In this document: piece after piece, positions 37,314-47,231 of the stretch
How the letters are laid out: every line of letters begins with the position of its first letter
Numbering within the stretch: the first letter of the stretch is position 1
Origin: a virus
Taxonomy: Duplodnaviria; Caudoviricetes
Strand: one strand, 5' to 3'
IMG/VR virus record: IMGVR_UViG_3300031951_000008
DNA: 64,000 nucleotides
Made by a program: the position numbers and the translations under genes
The notes under the pieces: generated by a model
Told to the model about the DNA's origin: nothing
Seen by the model: only the letters and a program-made list of their open reading frames with translations
Database searches by the model: none

Positions 37314-37474
37314 GTGACACATTATATGATCCTATGGAAGTACCGATTTTACTTATTCTGTCAGATCAGGATAAGATAAGTATTTCTAGCATGCATCCAG
37401 ACAGCAAGAAAATAATATTTTACAATGATAAGCTTGACGCGGAATCCGTTAGAATATTATTTAATGACAAGTGA
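37298..37474 (+). CDS. small hypothetical protein (58 aa, absent from the ORF track)
   Basis: MQVKIGDTLYDPMEVPILLILSDQDK...; its TGA overlaps the next ATG. Confidence 0.6.
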   Translation: MQVKIGDTLYDPMEVPILLILSDQDKISISSMHPDSKKIIFYNDKLDAESVRILFNDK

Positions 37475-38586
37475 TGCAAAGAGTCGCATTAACAATAATT
37501 CTAAACGGCTTACATCATCTACTACATAACAGCCAAGCCAAGTTTATACTGCACAATTTTGATTTATGGATTGTCGTAGAAGGAGCAAGCAGGCCAGGCG
37601 GCAGTACTCGTTGGTGTAGGAGTATGCCAAGTGAATACCATAATAAAGGCTTGAGTATAGACGGTACATCGGACTATTTAGAAAATCTGTCTAAGCTATA
37701 TAACAATATATTACACATCAAGCCACATGACCTTTGGCCATCCAAAGATGCTCAGGTTAATACTGCGATTAAGCACTTGAGACAAATTACTAATCAGTGC
37801 TATCTTTGGCAAATAGATGCAGATGAACAATGGGATAAGGATGGTATTGCTACAGCAGAGAAAGAATTATCGACTGCAGGAGCCAGGACCGGTTTATTCT
37901 TTGCTAATTATTATGTAGGCCCTGATATTGTAGCTAAGGGCGACTGGGGTGAGAAAAGCACAGGGCAAGGCTACTCAAGATTATGGTTATGGTCAGGTGA
38001 ATACTTTGACAGCCATGAGCCGCCAAAACTATCAGGCGAAGGCAAGAGCATGTTATTGAGTCCAAGATTTAATCATTATAGTTATTATTTCGAGCAAGAT
38101 GTTAAATTTAAGGAAAACTGGTATACAGGCCATGAAAACGTGTATAATCGGTGGAAATATATTAATAGCAGGCCCAGTTATGAGTTCCCTTTGCCGCTAA
38201 GCCTATTGATATCAGGCCATTTGGGCAATACCCCGACTTTCCTTCATAAGGTAGATAATCAGGAGGACGAACACATGTTCAGAAGACACTTGTTGAGTGC
38301 TGCTAGAAAAGCGTGCGAGAACGGACAAATTACCCAAGAACAGCTAACTAAGCTTAGGAGGGTTAGCCTGAACCGCCGTAAACTCGATGAAATGGAAAGA
38401 GTGGCAAAAGAAAAGGTCTCTGCAGATCCAGGTGGTGCAGCGATTATTACTGAATATTTAAAAGACTTGCCTAAGGACGCAACAGATGGTCAAAGGCAAG
38501 AGCTGTTAAATATAAAATGGGATTGGGCTAAGTTCTTCGATATCTTATTGAAGGTCGCACCAATTGTCATTGCCTTATTCCTATAA
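37474..38586 (+). CDS. GT-A glycosyltransferase-like protein with an in-frame C-terminal extra module
   Basis: LTIILNG, WIVVEG, SIDGT, LWQIDADEQW (DxD); internal AGGAGG-ATG at 38275. Confidence 0.65.
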   Translation: MQRVALTIILNGLHHLLHNSQAKFILHNFDLWIVVEGASRPGGSTRWCRSMPSEYHNKGLSIDGTSDYLENLSKLYNNILHIKPHDLWPSKDAQVNTAIKHLRQITNQCYLWQIDADEQWDKDGIATAEKELSTAGARTGLFFANYYVGPDIVAKGDWGEKSTGQGYSRLWLWSGEYFDSHEPPKLSGEGKSMLLSPRFNHYSYYFEQDVKFKENWYTGHENVYNRWKYINSRPSYEFPLPLSLLISGHLGNTPTFLHKVDNQEDEHMFRRHLLSAARKACENGQITQEQLTKLRRVSLNRRKLDEMERVAKEKVSADPGGAAIITEYLKDLPKDATDGQRQELLNIKWDWAKFFDILLKVAPIVIALFL

Positions 38587-38597
38587 GGGTTGCAGAT

Positions 38598-39227
38598 TTG
38601 CTATTAGATGCGTCTTTTGAACAGGACCTCATTTGTGATGAGGTAGATGACTGCATATTGGATGGTCAGTTTTTTCAGTCTAAATTCAAGTTCTTTGATA
38701 AGGACGGATATGATCTGACTGAGTACGAGCAACATCTATATGGCATAAATGGATTTCAATTACATTATACATTAAATAAATGGTTGTTAGCTAAGGACTG
38801 GCTCGTTAAGGAGCAGATCCTTCCTCCACAACTCTACATTGACCATTGCTTGCTTTTTATGAGGTGTGAACTAGGCCCTAACAGTCTTAGTGCTCTTTCA
38901 GAGATGTCGAGTCGCAATCCTCTTATTACATATCTATTGCACTCTAAAAGGAAATGGGGCATAGATATTGACATTAACTGGTTACATAATGGCAAATATT
39001 ATGAGATACTACACTTAGAAAATGACTCGTACACATACGAATCCGCCTTAGAATTCAAATCACGCGTCGAAAATTATATGGCAACAGCTGATTTAGAGCA
39101 GATGGCCTTGTCGATTATATCCAGGTCTAGCCAATGGGCACATCTACATGGCCTTAAGCAAAATGACTGGAAGGCCAGGTATTTTGGATTCGATTTGTCA
39201 GAAGAGACCAGAAAATCTTATACTTGA
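38598..39227 (+). CDS. hypothetical phage protein
   Basis: 209 aa, TTG start; KWGIDIDINW...EILHLEND. Confidence 0.65.
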   Translation: MLLDASFEQDLICDEVDDCILDGQFFQSKFKFFDKDGYDLTEYEQHLYGINGFQLHYTLNKWLLAKDWLVKEQILPPQLYIDHCLLFMRCELGPNSLSALSEMSSRNPLITYLLHSKRKWGIDIDINWLHNGKYYEILHLENDSYTYESALEFKSRVENYMATADLEQMALSIISRSSQWAHLHGLKQNDWKARYFGFDLSEETRKSYT

Positions 39228-39400
39228 GTGTCGTGGCATTTACAGTCACAGCCTTGCACTTTTGTTTTAAATAGATACCGTGCCTTCTGGAGCTTATTAT
39301 AGAAATGCGTTGCCAGGCCAGATAGAAGACCGACAGTAGTCAGCATTAAAACTTCGAACAAGCCACCACAGAAACAGCCGATAAACATTTGACTTAGCAT
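39218..39400 (-). CDS. small hydrophobic hypothetical protein
   Basis: 60 aa filling the gap, overlapping the GT2 stop; CDCKC. Confidence 0.4.
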   Translation of the reverse strand: MLSQMFIGCFCGGLFEVLMLTTVGLLSGLATHFYNKLQKARYLFKTKVQGCDCKCHDTQV

Positions 39401-40161
39401 TGAGTTATTTCCTTTTCAATATTATGAAAACGTTGCCATTCTTGGTCGGTAATAGCTGAATTCCATAGATTTTGACCATCTCTGTAGTAGTAGTTACCTA
39501 GTGGTTCACGTATCCATAAGAACTCATTATGCTTATACTGACATTTATGGTCTAGTAAGTCGTACTGGTGATATATTCTTGTCCACCATTCAGCATCAGC
39601 CATCACAATGAAGTCAGTATTGAACAATCCATATTTATGATGTAGGGATCTTCGCCATACTGGAAAATGGCCACAGTTTGCATTTTTGATAACTCCTCTA
39701 AATTGCCCAGGCTGGGCTGTTTTAGCTTTGGCGTACAATACACTCGCCCAGTTAGGGTGTGCTACAGTTGAAACATACCAACTGCAATATGCTAGTGCTG
39801 CGTTATTGTTAGCATCTAGAGCCGCTATCATTTTGGTATAGGCATCTGGAGCTACCAGGTCATCTGTGTTGGCGTTGGTGATATACTGACTATTAGAGGC
39901 ACAAATTAAATAGTTCCAGGCTTCATATAGGGTGTTTCTGTGGTTGAGTTTAATGTAATGTACATTTTTAGCCTGATATGAGATAGCTATGTTGTGATCT
40001 CTCTCGTCAGGGCTGTCTGCATTGATACACCAAATATCAAAATCATTTATGTTATTGACTGACATTAGGTTATCTAATCTAGACCTGAGCCATTCACCGG
40101 AATTATAAATCGAGACTAAAACGGCAAGTTTAGGAGTTACGGTATTTAACACAAGCTTCAC
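39394..40161 (-). CDS. glycosyltransferase family 2
   Basis: LAVLVSIYNS, LYEAWN, ITNANTDD, GHFPVWRRSLH, ADAEWW. Confidence 0.85.
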   Translation of the reverse strand: MKLVLNTVTPKLAVLVSIYNSGEWLRSRLDNLMSVNNINDFDIWCINADSPDERDHNIAISYQAKNVHYIKLNHRNTLYEAWNYLICASNSQYITNANTDDLVAPDAYTKMIAALDANNNAALAYCSWYVSTVAHPNWASVLYAKAKTAQPGQFRGVIKNANCGHFPVWRRSLHHKYGLFNTDFIVMADAEWWTRIYHQYDLLDHKCQYKHNEFLWIREPLGNYYYRDGQNLWNSAITDQEWQRFHNIEKEITQC

Positions 40162-40405
40162 TGCCTAATTTGAAGTCTCTGCATATTTGTGGCCTATACT
40201 TGTAATGTATACACTGATTATCTTTTAACCAGATGCAGTTTTGCCCCGCTTCTTCTAATACCTGTTTGTTATCGTAGATCTCAAGCAAAGGCTGTTTTAG
40301 TTCAATAGGTAGATCAAGGATTTCGAAGTACATAAAGGGGGGAAACCCCATATGCTGACAGCATTTACCACAACCTTCACAACTTAGTACGGGCAAAACG
40401 CTCAT
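40130..40405 (-). CDS. YkgJ-family cysteine cluster (Fe-S/Zn) protein
   Basis: CEGCGKCC...CIWL..NQCIHYKYRPQICR. Confidence 0.85.
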   Translation of the reverse strand: MSVLPVLSCEGCGKCCQHMGFPPFMYFEILDLPIELKQPLLEIYDNKQVLEEAGQNCIWLKDNQCIHYKYRPQICRDFKLGSEACVKYRNS

Positions 40406-40419
40406 TTAAGGAACCTGCG

Positions 40420-41322
40420 ATGTCAGATATATTAGTTACTAAACAAGTAGTCAAGCAAGTAAGTGATAGTAATGATATTACGGAGGAATTAGCAAAGTTT
40501 GTTTTGGATTATATCGCATATTATTACCAAGAGCCGACGAGAGGTGTTTTGACTGCCCAAACGGTTGAAGAGCACGTTAAAACAATACAGAGCCAACTTG
40601 GTATGGAAGTTACTGGTCAAATAGACCTAAATACAGTAAAAACATTGGAGCACACTCCTAGGTGCGGTATTCCAGATTATACTAAGTCAGGGGCTCAAGC
40701 AGTCACGAGTTGGGGGCAAAGAAAGCTCACTTATTTTATTGAGAGGTTCGTCAGAGGGCTTTCTACATCCGATCAAGCGGATATTATCAAATTAGCTTTC
40801 GACCAATGGACAGAGGTAGCTAATATTCAATTCGAAAGAGTTAGTGATTCAAAGAATGCTAATTTGGTGCTGTCAACCGGGTCCGGAAGAGCAGACAACT
40901 TTGATGGCCCTGGGAACACACTCGCTTGGGCATATCTGCCACCATCTCTTAATTATAGGGGTCAATTGCTAATGCGATTCGATCTCGACGAGACTTGGAT
41001 CAATGATCCGAATTCAAGAGGTATACTAATGAGAAACGTCGCATGTCATGAATTTGGACATATGCTAGGCTTAGAGCATTCTCGTAATTCTAGGGCTTTG
41101 ATGGCCCCATACTATTCGCCTGGTGTAGCAAAACCTCAGGCACAAGACGACATTCCTAGAATACAGGCTCTATACGGCCCGCCAGTCTACGTGCCGCCAC
41201 CAAATCCGACTCCGACTCCTACTCCGACTCCTAGTGGCAAGTATGTCGTGCAGATTACGACTGATAGCTTGTCTAGTATTACTGTTAATGGCAAAAAGTT
41301 AACAGACTTCTCATTAATATGA
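40420..41322 (+). CDS. matrixin (M10/MMP-like) metalloprotease with PGBD-like prodomain and cysteine switch
   Basis: IQSQLGMEVTGQIDLNT, PRCGIPD, FDGPGNTLAWA, HEFGHMLGLEHS, ALMAPYY Met-turn, PT linker. Confidence 0.9.
   Translation: MSDILVTKQVVKQVSDSNDITEELAKFVLDYIAYYYQEPTRGVLTAQTVEEHVKTIQSQLGMEVTGQIDLNTVKTLEHTPRCGIPDYTKSGAQAVTSWGQRKLTYFIERFVRGLSTSDQADIIKLAFDQWTEVANIQFERVSDSKNANLVLSTGSGRADNFDGPGNTLAWAYLPPSLNYRGQLLMRFDLDETWINDPNSRGILMRNVACHEFGHMLGLEHSRNSRALMAPYYSPGVAKPQAQDDIPRIQALYGPPVYVPPPNPTPTPTPTPSGKYVVQITTDSLSSITVNGKKLTDFSLI
41206..41232 (+). repeat. Pro-Thr linker microrepeat
   Basis: CCGACT/CCTACT units. Confidence 0.7.
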
Positions 41323-42404
41323 GAATACCAGTGTACGAGCCTTGCTTAGACGAGGCCGAAACCGAAAATGTGCTGAAGTGCTTGAGAGAAGGTTGGATAT
41401 CCTCCAAGGGAGAGTTTATCGACAGATTCGAAGCTGACTTCGCTAACTATGTCGGATCAAGTCAAGCTATTAGTGTTTCAAATGGAACTGTAGCACTACA
41501 TTTGGCTTTATTGGCGTTAGGACTAGGTCCAGGGGACGAGGTTATAATACCAGGACTGACTTATGTAGCAACGGCTAATAGCGTCGCTTACGTCGGTGCC
41601 ACTCCAGTATTGTCTGATATTAATCCAGATGACTGGAATATAGACGTTGATCGCTTAGAGAGTCTAATAACATCTAAGACTAAAGCTATCATACCGGTGC
41701 ATCTATATGGCATGCCTTGTCATATGGAGCAAATAGTAGACATAGCCAGTAGGCATAATCTTTTTATCATAGAAGACTGTGCAGAAGCGTTAGGATCTAA
41801 GATAAACGGTAAACATGTTGGGACGTTTGGAGACATAGCGACTTTTAGCTTTTATGGCAATAAGACAATAACTACCGGTGAAGGAGGCATGGTAGTCACC
41901 AATGATCGTATGCTTGGCATGAAGACAAGAAAATTAAAGGGCCAAGGTCTATCAGATAAAGAGTATTATCACGATGTGGTAGGTTACAATTATAGAATGA
42001 CCAATATCTGTGCGGCAATAGGAGTCGCTCAACTTGGTAAATTAAATAGTATATTAACTCGTAAATCCGAGATTGCCGATAGGTATCGATGTGCTTTAAG
42101 CTTATTCGCCAGGTTCCAGCCAGACTTACTCGGTTATACGAATTCATACTGGATGGTAAGCTGTATCTTACCGGGCTGCAATATTGCTGCTATTAGAAAC
42201 CATCTGTCAGTAAACGGCATAGAAACTAGGCCATTCTTTTATCCAATAAATAAGCTGCCTATGTACAAGGCATGTTCAGAGATACCAACAAGTGAGAAGA
42301 TTAGCCCTATGGGGCTTAATCTGCCAAGCTCGCCCAACTTAACTGATCGAGACGTAGATTTTATAAGCAAGCTACTAGTCGATTTTATGAACAATAATAT
42401 ATAA
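41319..42404 (+). CDS. DegT/DnrJ/EryC1/StrS aminotransferase (perosamine synthetase-like)
   Basis: SNGTVALHLAL, IEDCAEA, SFYGNKTITTGEGG (PLP Lys), GYNYRM. Confidence 0.93.
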   Translation: MRIPVYEPCLDEAETENVLKCLREGWISSKGEFIDRFEADFANYVGSSQAISVSNGTVALHLALLALGLGPGDEVIIPGLTYVATANSVAYVGATPVLSDINPDDWNIDVDRLESLITSKTKAIIPVHLYGMPCHMEQIVDIASRHNLFIIEDCAEALGSKINGKHVGTFGDIATFSFYGNKTITTGEGGMVVTNDRMLGMKTRKLKGQGLSDKEYYHDVVGYNYRMTNICAAIGVAQLGKLNSILTRKSEIADRYRCALSLFARFQPDLLGYTNSYWMVSCILPGCNIAAIRNHLSVNGIETRPFFYPINKLPMYKACSEIPTSEKISPMGLNLPSSPNLTDRDVDFISKLLVDFMNNNI

Positions 42405-42947
42405 CGGCACGTTTTTTGACACTAATTGGCCGATAATTGGCTCGCTTGAGATTAAGGAATTTTGGTTAAGTGGTAGATTTACAAAAGGAGCAATCAGGTA
42501 ATCACGCTTAGGCTGCGGCGGAGGAATACTTTCTGTATAGGCTGCGTAGCTCTGGTCGATCGTCCCTTCTGAAGTTGCTAAATCAGGATAAGAAAAAACT
42601 GCCGGTGTCAGTACATTATCATCTATCTTGATCATAGACTTGCCATTAACTATTTTAAGAACCGCTATATCTAAGTGGGGGTCCTCGGCAAGTGGGGTGA
42701 TCTTCAGTAGGAAATACTTATAACCGGGTTGGTACCGAAACAGATGGTGTTGATCTAGATCCCACACTTGGACATTGCAGAAATTTGGCATGCGAGGGCT
42801 AGCTTCGAATCTTTGTTTTAAAAATTGAAGGTATTTGTCTGTGTCCATCCAATCTATAGTACGGGGAGAGATCAACACATTACTAATACAAAAATTAGGT
42901 AAACCAGAGTATACGAATTGTAGATTTTGGATAAATATTGGTAACAT
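42375..42947 (-). CDS. hypothetical protein (start uncertain)
   Basis: 190-aa ORF; internal Met MDTDKY is an alternative start. Confidence 0.55.
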   Translation of the reverse strand: MLPIFIQNLQFVYSGLPNFCISNVLISPRTIDWMDTDKYLQFLKQRFEASPRMPNFCNVQVWDLDQHHLFRYQPGYKYFLLKITPLAEDPHLDIAVLKIVNGKSMIKIDDNVLTPAVFSYPDLATSEGTIDQSYAAYTESIPPPQPKRDYLIAPFVNLPLNQNSLISSEPIIGQLVSKNVPLYIIVHKID

Positions 42948-43003
42948 AACTGCAGTGTTTATAAGACAATAAGTTCGTATATAAAATACGTCTGGCTTAT
43001 AAG

Positions 43004-43015
43004 CAAATCTTAAAA
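43004..43015 (+). promoter_or_regulatory. candidate promoter motif CAAATCTTAAAA
   Basis: Upstream of the 43066 structural gene; same first 11 nt as 24852-24842. Confidence 0.4.
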
Positions 43016-43065
43016 TAGAATCTCACTGTCTGGAGGGCTTAATCATTCCAACTATAACACCTAGC

Positions 43066-44781
43066 ATGATCCCCACTAAGTCGCCGGGGACCCTTTTTGA
43101 GTCTTTAACGGGTAATGACCCAACGCTCAATATTCGTTGGCTTCAAGCTACTGATCCAGTATACTTCGAAGTATTTAATAGGCCATTATCTGACTTGACT
43201 GTTAGGCAGCTTGTAATTGCCAAGGCACTCGACAATGTGCAACTAAAGTTAGGGCATCAAGCTTTATTTCCATTTTTAGTGCAACCCTTAGTTTCCTCCG
43301 GCACGGATGTCGTTGATGTGCCGCTCGGATGGATTTGGGATATGCACGCTTCGATGCCTAAGAAGTGGGAAAGGCTTAGACTAGCCAAGATTAAAAGAAT
43401 CTCTGGTGTTAATGACGTTACAAGCGGTTACACCGGAAAATTGCGACTGATTTTTACAGCAAGCGTTGGAGCGTCAACAACGGAGGTAGCCGTATTCTAT
43501 GTTGACTACGAGATCGATAGCGATCTGACTTATCAATGTCTAAAGCTACAAGTAGTGCCAAGCACTGAAGAGCCAATAGTAATAAACCCAGGCGAGGAAG
43601 AGACTGTTTGTGGATTGATTATATTCAAGACCATGAGCCTTGCTGAATCCGGTGTAATCAGCTTCTTAGATTTGTTGGCACCCCCAGCTGGTGGGACAGA
43701 TGCTAATTCGGATGGATATTATGACAATCCGACTGTTTACGACATTGTAGACACTGTACCGGGCGGCTCGTCCGTAACTGACGATTTTTCCAGCAACTCT
43801 CTTAATCACGGCACTGGCTTACTGACCAATAGTGCTTGGAACGCCATACCGCAACTAGACAGCGACATACAAGCGTGGCTTGTATCATTGAATTATCCAT
43901 TTGCTAGCGGTGCTTCAAGAACATCAAGTGACAGTATCCAGATTCCGGCAGGGTTATTCAAAGAATTTAATATTACGGCTCCGGTAAGCGACCAACCGAC
44001 CGGAGACATTTCAGGTACATATTCTCCTGTCTGGATTAATCGAATCGAGCAGGTAAACATCAACTTACTCAGGTTTTACTTTTCGACCTATAATATCACG
44101 GCAGATAGTCCGAGCGTGGAAGGAATTGAATTTGCTACATTAGATCTGCTAAGAAGCTACGGTGAAAACCAGAGAGTCGCGATCGTGCCGATCGACAACT
44201 TGCTTCTGCAACCGACTAGTGACGATTCTTTCCAGCAACAGTTTGGGAAAGGCCATGTGGTCCTATCGAGCCTATGGGATGGTATTACGACTGAAGTTGA
44301 AGATTTTTTTGACGCTTTTTCATTCTTGGTCGACAACCCAATCGACACCATATTTCCACAGGCCAATACTCTACTCAGTTCATTCGGCATAAGTCGAGTA
44401 CCAAGGTACACGCCAACTGCAGGCCAAGCCGAAGCTCTAGTAGGAAGCACAGCTAGACGAACCACACCCATCCATCCAAGTGATACCAACAGATACGTCT
44501 GTGAGCAGGATCAGGGCATCGGGAGCCAGGTCGATCTTGACAATCAGCCCGGTATTGTTACTAACTCAGCGATTGATAGATACGGTTATCGTGGTGGCTT
44601 AAACCACAGAATCGTAAAGCTCGTCATAGACGCTACGCAGCTTGGAAGCGACCCTAGCTTCTATGATAATCAAGTATTACCAAGACTACGATACCTATTT
44701 GGTAGGGACCCACAATTCGGAGATTTTTGGCATAACGGGACCAGACTAATGTTTTATAACGGCGATACCTGGCAAGGCTAG
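43066..44781 (+). CDS. putative virion structural protein
   Basis: 571 aa, acidic and beta-rich; composition like the 22304 and 57269 products. Confidence 0.6.
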   Translation: MIPTKSPGTLFESLTGNDPTLNIRWLQATDPVYFEVFNRPLSDLTVRQLVIAKALDNVQLKLGHQALFPFLVQPLVSSGTDVVDVPLGWIWDMHASMPKKWERLRLAKIKRISGVNDVTSGYTGKLRLIFTASVGASTTEVAVFYVDYEIDSDLTYQCLKLQVVPSTEEPIVINPGEEETVCGLIIFKTMSLAESGVISFLDLLAPPAGGTDANSDGYYDNPTVYDIVDTVPGGSSVTDDFSSNSLNHGTGLLTNSAWNAIPQLDSDIQAWLVSLNYPFASGASRTSSDSIQIPAGLFKEFNITAPVSDQPTGDISGTYSPVWINRIEQVNINLLRFYFSTYNITADSPSVEGIEFATLDLLRSYGENQRVAIVPIDNLLLQPTSDDSFQQQFGKGHVVLSSLWDGITTEVEDFFDAFSFLVDNPIDTIFPQANTLLSSFGISRVPRYTPTAGQAEALVGSTARRTTPIHPSDTNRYVCEQDQGIGSQVDLDNQPGIVTNSAIDRYGYRGGLNHRIVKLVIDATQLGSDPSFYDNQVLPRLRYLFGRDPQFGDFWHNGTRLMFYNGDTWQG

Positions 44782-45189
44782 TCTATCGGCATATTGCCAA
44801 GTTTGTCCGTGTAAAAACCTATCTATAAAATCCTTTCCCACTTGGATATTGGCCAGTATAGTATTGTTAAATAATACTAATAAGTCAGGCGAATTAACTG
44901 AGAAGTATGTTTCTGGGTGTGTCTTAATACATGAATCATGATCAGATCTGATACATAAGCTTCTAGGATGTTCATACCATCTATCAAAACACTGTTCATT
45001 ATCTTTAACTATAGCAACTAATCGTAAAACGTCCTTATGATGGCAAGATCTTTGAATAATTTGAAAGCCATGATATTCCGTTATTATAATCAAATCACCA
45101 TCGGCAGTATAGTCTAAACGATCCACCTCTTGCAGGTATGGTGTTAGATATAATTCTAAAGCTCTTAGTAGTATAGATTGGTCCATCAA
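44746..45189 (-). CDS. hypothetical protein
   Basis: 147 aa, coupled overlaps in a minus-strand run. Confidence 0.6.
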   Translation of the reverse strand: MMDQSILLRALELYLTPYLQEVDRLDYTADGDLIIITEYHGFQIIQRSCHHKDVLRLVAIVKDNEQCFDRWYEHPRSLCIRSDHDSCIKTHPETYFSVNSPDLLVLFNNTILANIQVGKDFIDRFLHGQTWQYADRLALPGIAVIKH

Positions 45190-45785
45190 TCCGCAGTGAG
45201 GTAAGGCAACAACTCTGTGATTGCTGCCGCTGGTTTATAGAATACGCTAAATGGCTTAATTAATAACTCTAAAGCTATTAATACTTGCTCAATAAAGTCT
45301 GGTTTGCTAGCGTCTATAAAGTAATGATGTGTCATTTTACCATTTGACTCAAAATCAAGGGGGATATTCAAATTAACTGGCACTATTGGAAGTGTTACAA
45401 CAATATCCTTCTTCAATTTAATGTCATACTTAATTATCTGCTTTGTATCCACCGTATAGCTTTTTGTGAATCTGAGCATTGCTCCATAGCTTACGAAATA
45501 GCCTACTGTGCAAATAAGTTGTTGCTGATTCCTAACAATTACCTCGATACTAGATAATCGCATTGTAGTGTGAGGGGTGAGACGGGAGGTTGTTGTATTT
45601 CGACCTGCTCCGATATAATAACCTGGCTCTATGGTGTCATAAAATCCTTTTACGATTTGTTTAAAGCCACATATTTCTCGTAATTGGTAGGTTGACTTTA
45701 ATGTGGCTCTAATCACTTCATCGATGCGGTAAGATGGGGACAACATTGTCTCCCCAGAAATAGTGCTAGGATTAGTTGAACTCAT
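45186..45785 (-). CDS. hypothetical protein
   Basis: 199 aa, ATGA overlap. Confidence 0.65.
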   Translation of the reverse strand: MSSTNPSTISGETMLSPSYRIDEVIRATLKSTYQLREICGFKQIVKGFYDTIEPGYYIGAGRNTTTSRLTPHTTMRLSSIEVIVRNQQQLICTVGYFVSYGAMLRFTKSYTVDTKQIIKYDIKLKKDIVVTLPIVPVNLNIPLDFESNGKMTHHYFIDASKPDFIEQVLIALELLIKPFSVFYKPAAAITELLPYLTAD

Positions 45786-46249
45786 CGACTATGCCTCTTA
45801 GAGATTTCCGAATTTAACTTGTCGCAGAATTTGAGGTCGTGGATATGGAATGAATTAACCCGTTCGATACGGCCATGAAGATTAACTTGACAAGTGAACT
45901 CGGTTAGGTGTATGTCGATTTTAGTATCAAAGACATATACATATTCTTGCTGTATTAAGGGAAATCTATTATTAGGAAACGCTAAAACACATATGTTATA
46001 GTTTCTAATCTCTGTGAGTAAACAATTTTGTGGCGATAGAGGTTGTTTATTTATAAATAAATAATAATATTCTTCTGCAAATGTGTCTCTTGAGAGATTA
46101 CCCCATAGAGGACGATCATTGTTGCCATTATCATCGAGAACATACCATTGGCATAGGTCATTGTTCCAGTTTATCAAGTTAGTGTAAAGTCCAGGTATGG
46201 TCTCACCGGATTTTAAAAGATTATTGATCGCTAGAAGAAGTGACAACAT
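45782..46249 (-). CDS. hypothetical protein
   Basis: 155 aa. Confidence 0.6.
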   Translation of the reverse strand: MLSLLLAINNLLKSGETIPGLYTNLINWNNDLCQWYVLDDNGNNDRPLWGNLSRDTFAEEYYYLFINKQPLSPQNCLLTEIRNYNICVLAFPNNRFPLIQQEYVYVFDTKIDIHLTEFTCQVNLHGRIERVNSFHIHDLKFCDKLNSEISKRHSR

Positions 46250-46281
46250 ATCTGATATAAAATTAGTATGAACTGCAACTC

Positions 46282-46860
46282 TTAATGATCTAGCAACGTA
46301 TTAAAGCCTGAGTCTCGTATTGATTTCACGATATTGTCTATACTGTATATAACTTCTGCGGTATATGTGGGTATGGTAGCGCGAAGGCGACTCCACTCCG
46401 GCCACAGATAGTAGCGATGATCGCTAAACAGATTTTCAATAATTGACAATACTCGATCTGCCCAATTGAATGTTGATGCATAATTATTTTGGTCATAATA
46501 ATGTATATGCATAGGCATCGCAAAACAGCTAGTATCGTGAGCATTCTTACGGGAACAAAATAAGTTGCAAGAAATATGAAGGGTCGGAGGCTTTGACAAG
46601 TTAAAAGATATATTAATAGCACGCCGATGACTAGAGTCGATATAGCATAATGCCAGTGTTTCAGGGGCAATACCTTTGGATTGTGGGGTAACGATTAGCA
46701 TATCATATTCACTCCAGCTACTAAATTTGCTGGACCAGGCATAGTTAGGATCAATAAGCCCTACGGAAGTTTTAAGATCTATATCGGTTGCCTGGCGAAT
46801 ATGCTTATCCAGATAGGACGCTATTGGTTTTATGATTTCGTTATAGACGTATAATTCCAT
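46282..46860 (-). CDS. hypothetical protein
   Basis: 192 aa; TAATG overlap with the upstream gene. Confidence 0.65.
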   Translation of the reverse strand: MELYVYNEIIKPIASYLDKHIRQATDIDLKTSVGLIDPNYAWSSKFSSWSEYDMLIVTPQSKGIAPETLALCYIDSSHRRAINISFNLSKPPTLHISCNLFCSRKNAHDTSCFAMPMHIHYYDQNNYASTFNWADRVLSIIENLFSDHRYYLWPEWSRLRATIPTYTAEVIYSIDNIVKSIRDSGFNTLLDH

Positions 46861-47231
46861 TATTGTCCTGCTCGGACTACAGACAGGTAGTTACAGTTCT
46901 TAGGGACCTTGAGAAAGGTGAAGATAGATTCTATATTATGGTTCCTGCTCAACAATGCTATAGCACCGATGTCTCGTAAGCTTTTAATAATAACATCGTT
47001 TTTACCACTGATCTCTGTTAGCAGGCCAATACTAGCATCTTGGCATCGATCAAGTTCTTCAAGAAGTAAATCTAAAATTCTTTCGAATATCTCGGCAGAC
47101 ACTAAGACATTAATTCCAACCAGGTAGTTGCCACCTATCTCTAGTTTCATCGGTTTACTGGCTTTTATGAATCGCAAAATTATGCTCGACTTGCAATGCT
47201 TATAGTGGTACCAGTAGCAGGAACACCCCAA
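46860..47231 (-). CDS. hypothetical protein (start uncertain)
   Basis: 123 aa; internal MKLEIG is the likelier start. Confidence 0.5.
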   Translation of the reverse strand: MGCSCYWYHYKHCKSSIILRFIKASKPMKLEIGGNYLVGINVLVSAEIFERILDLLLEELDRCQDASIGLLTEISGKNDVIIKSLRDIGAIALLSRNHNIESIFTFLKVPKNCNYLSVVRAGQ

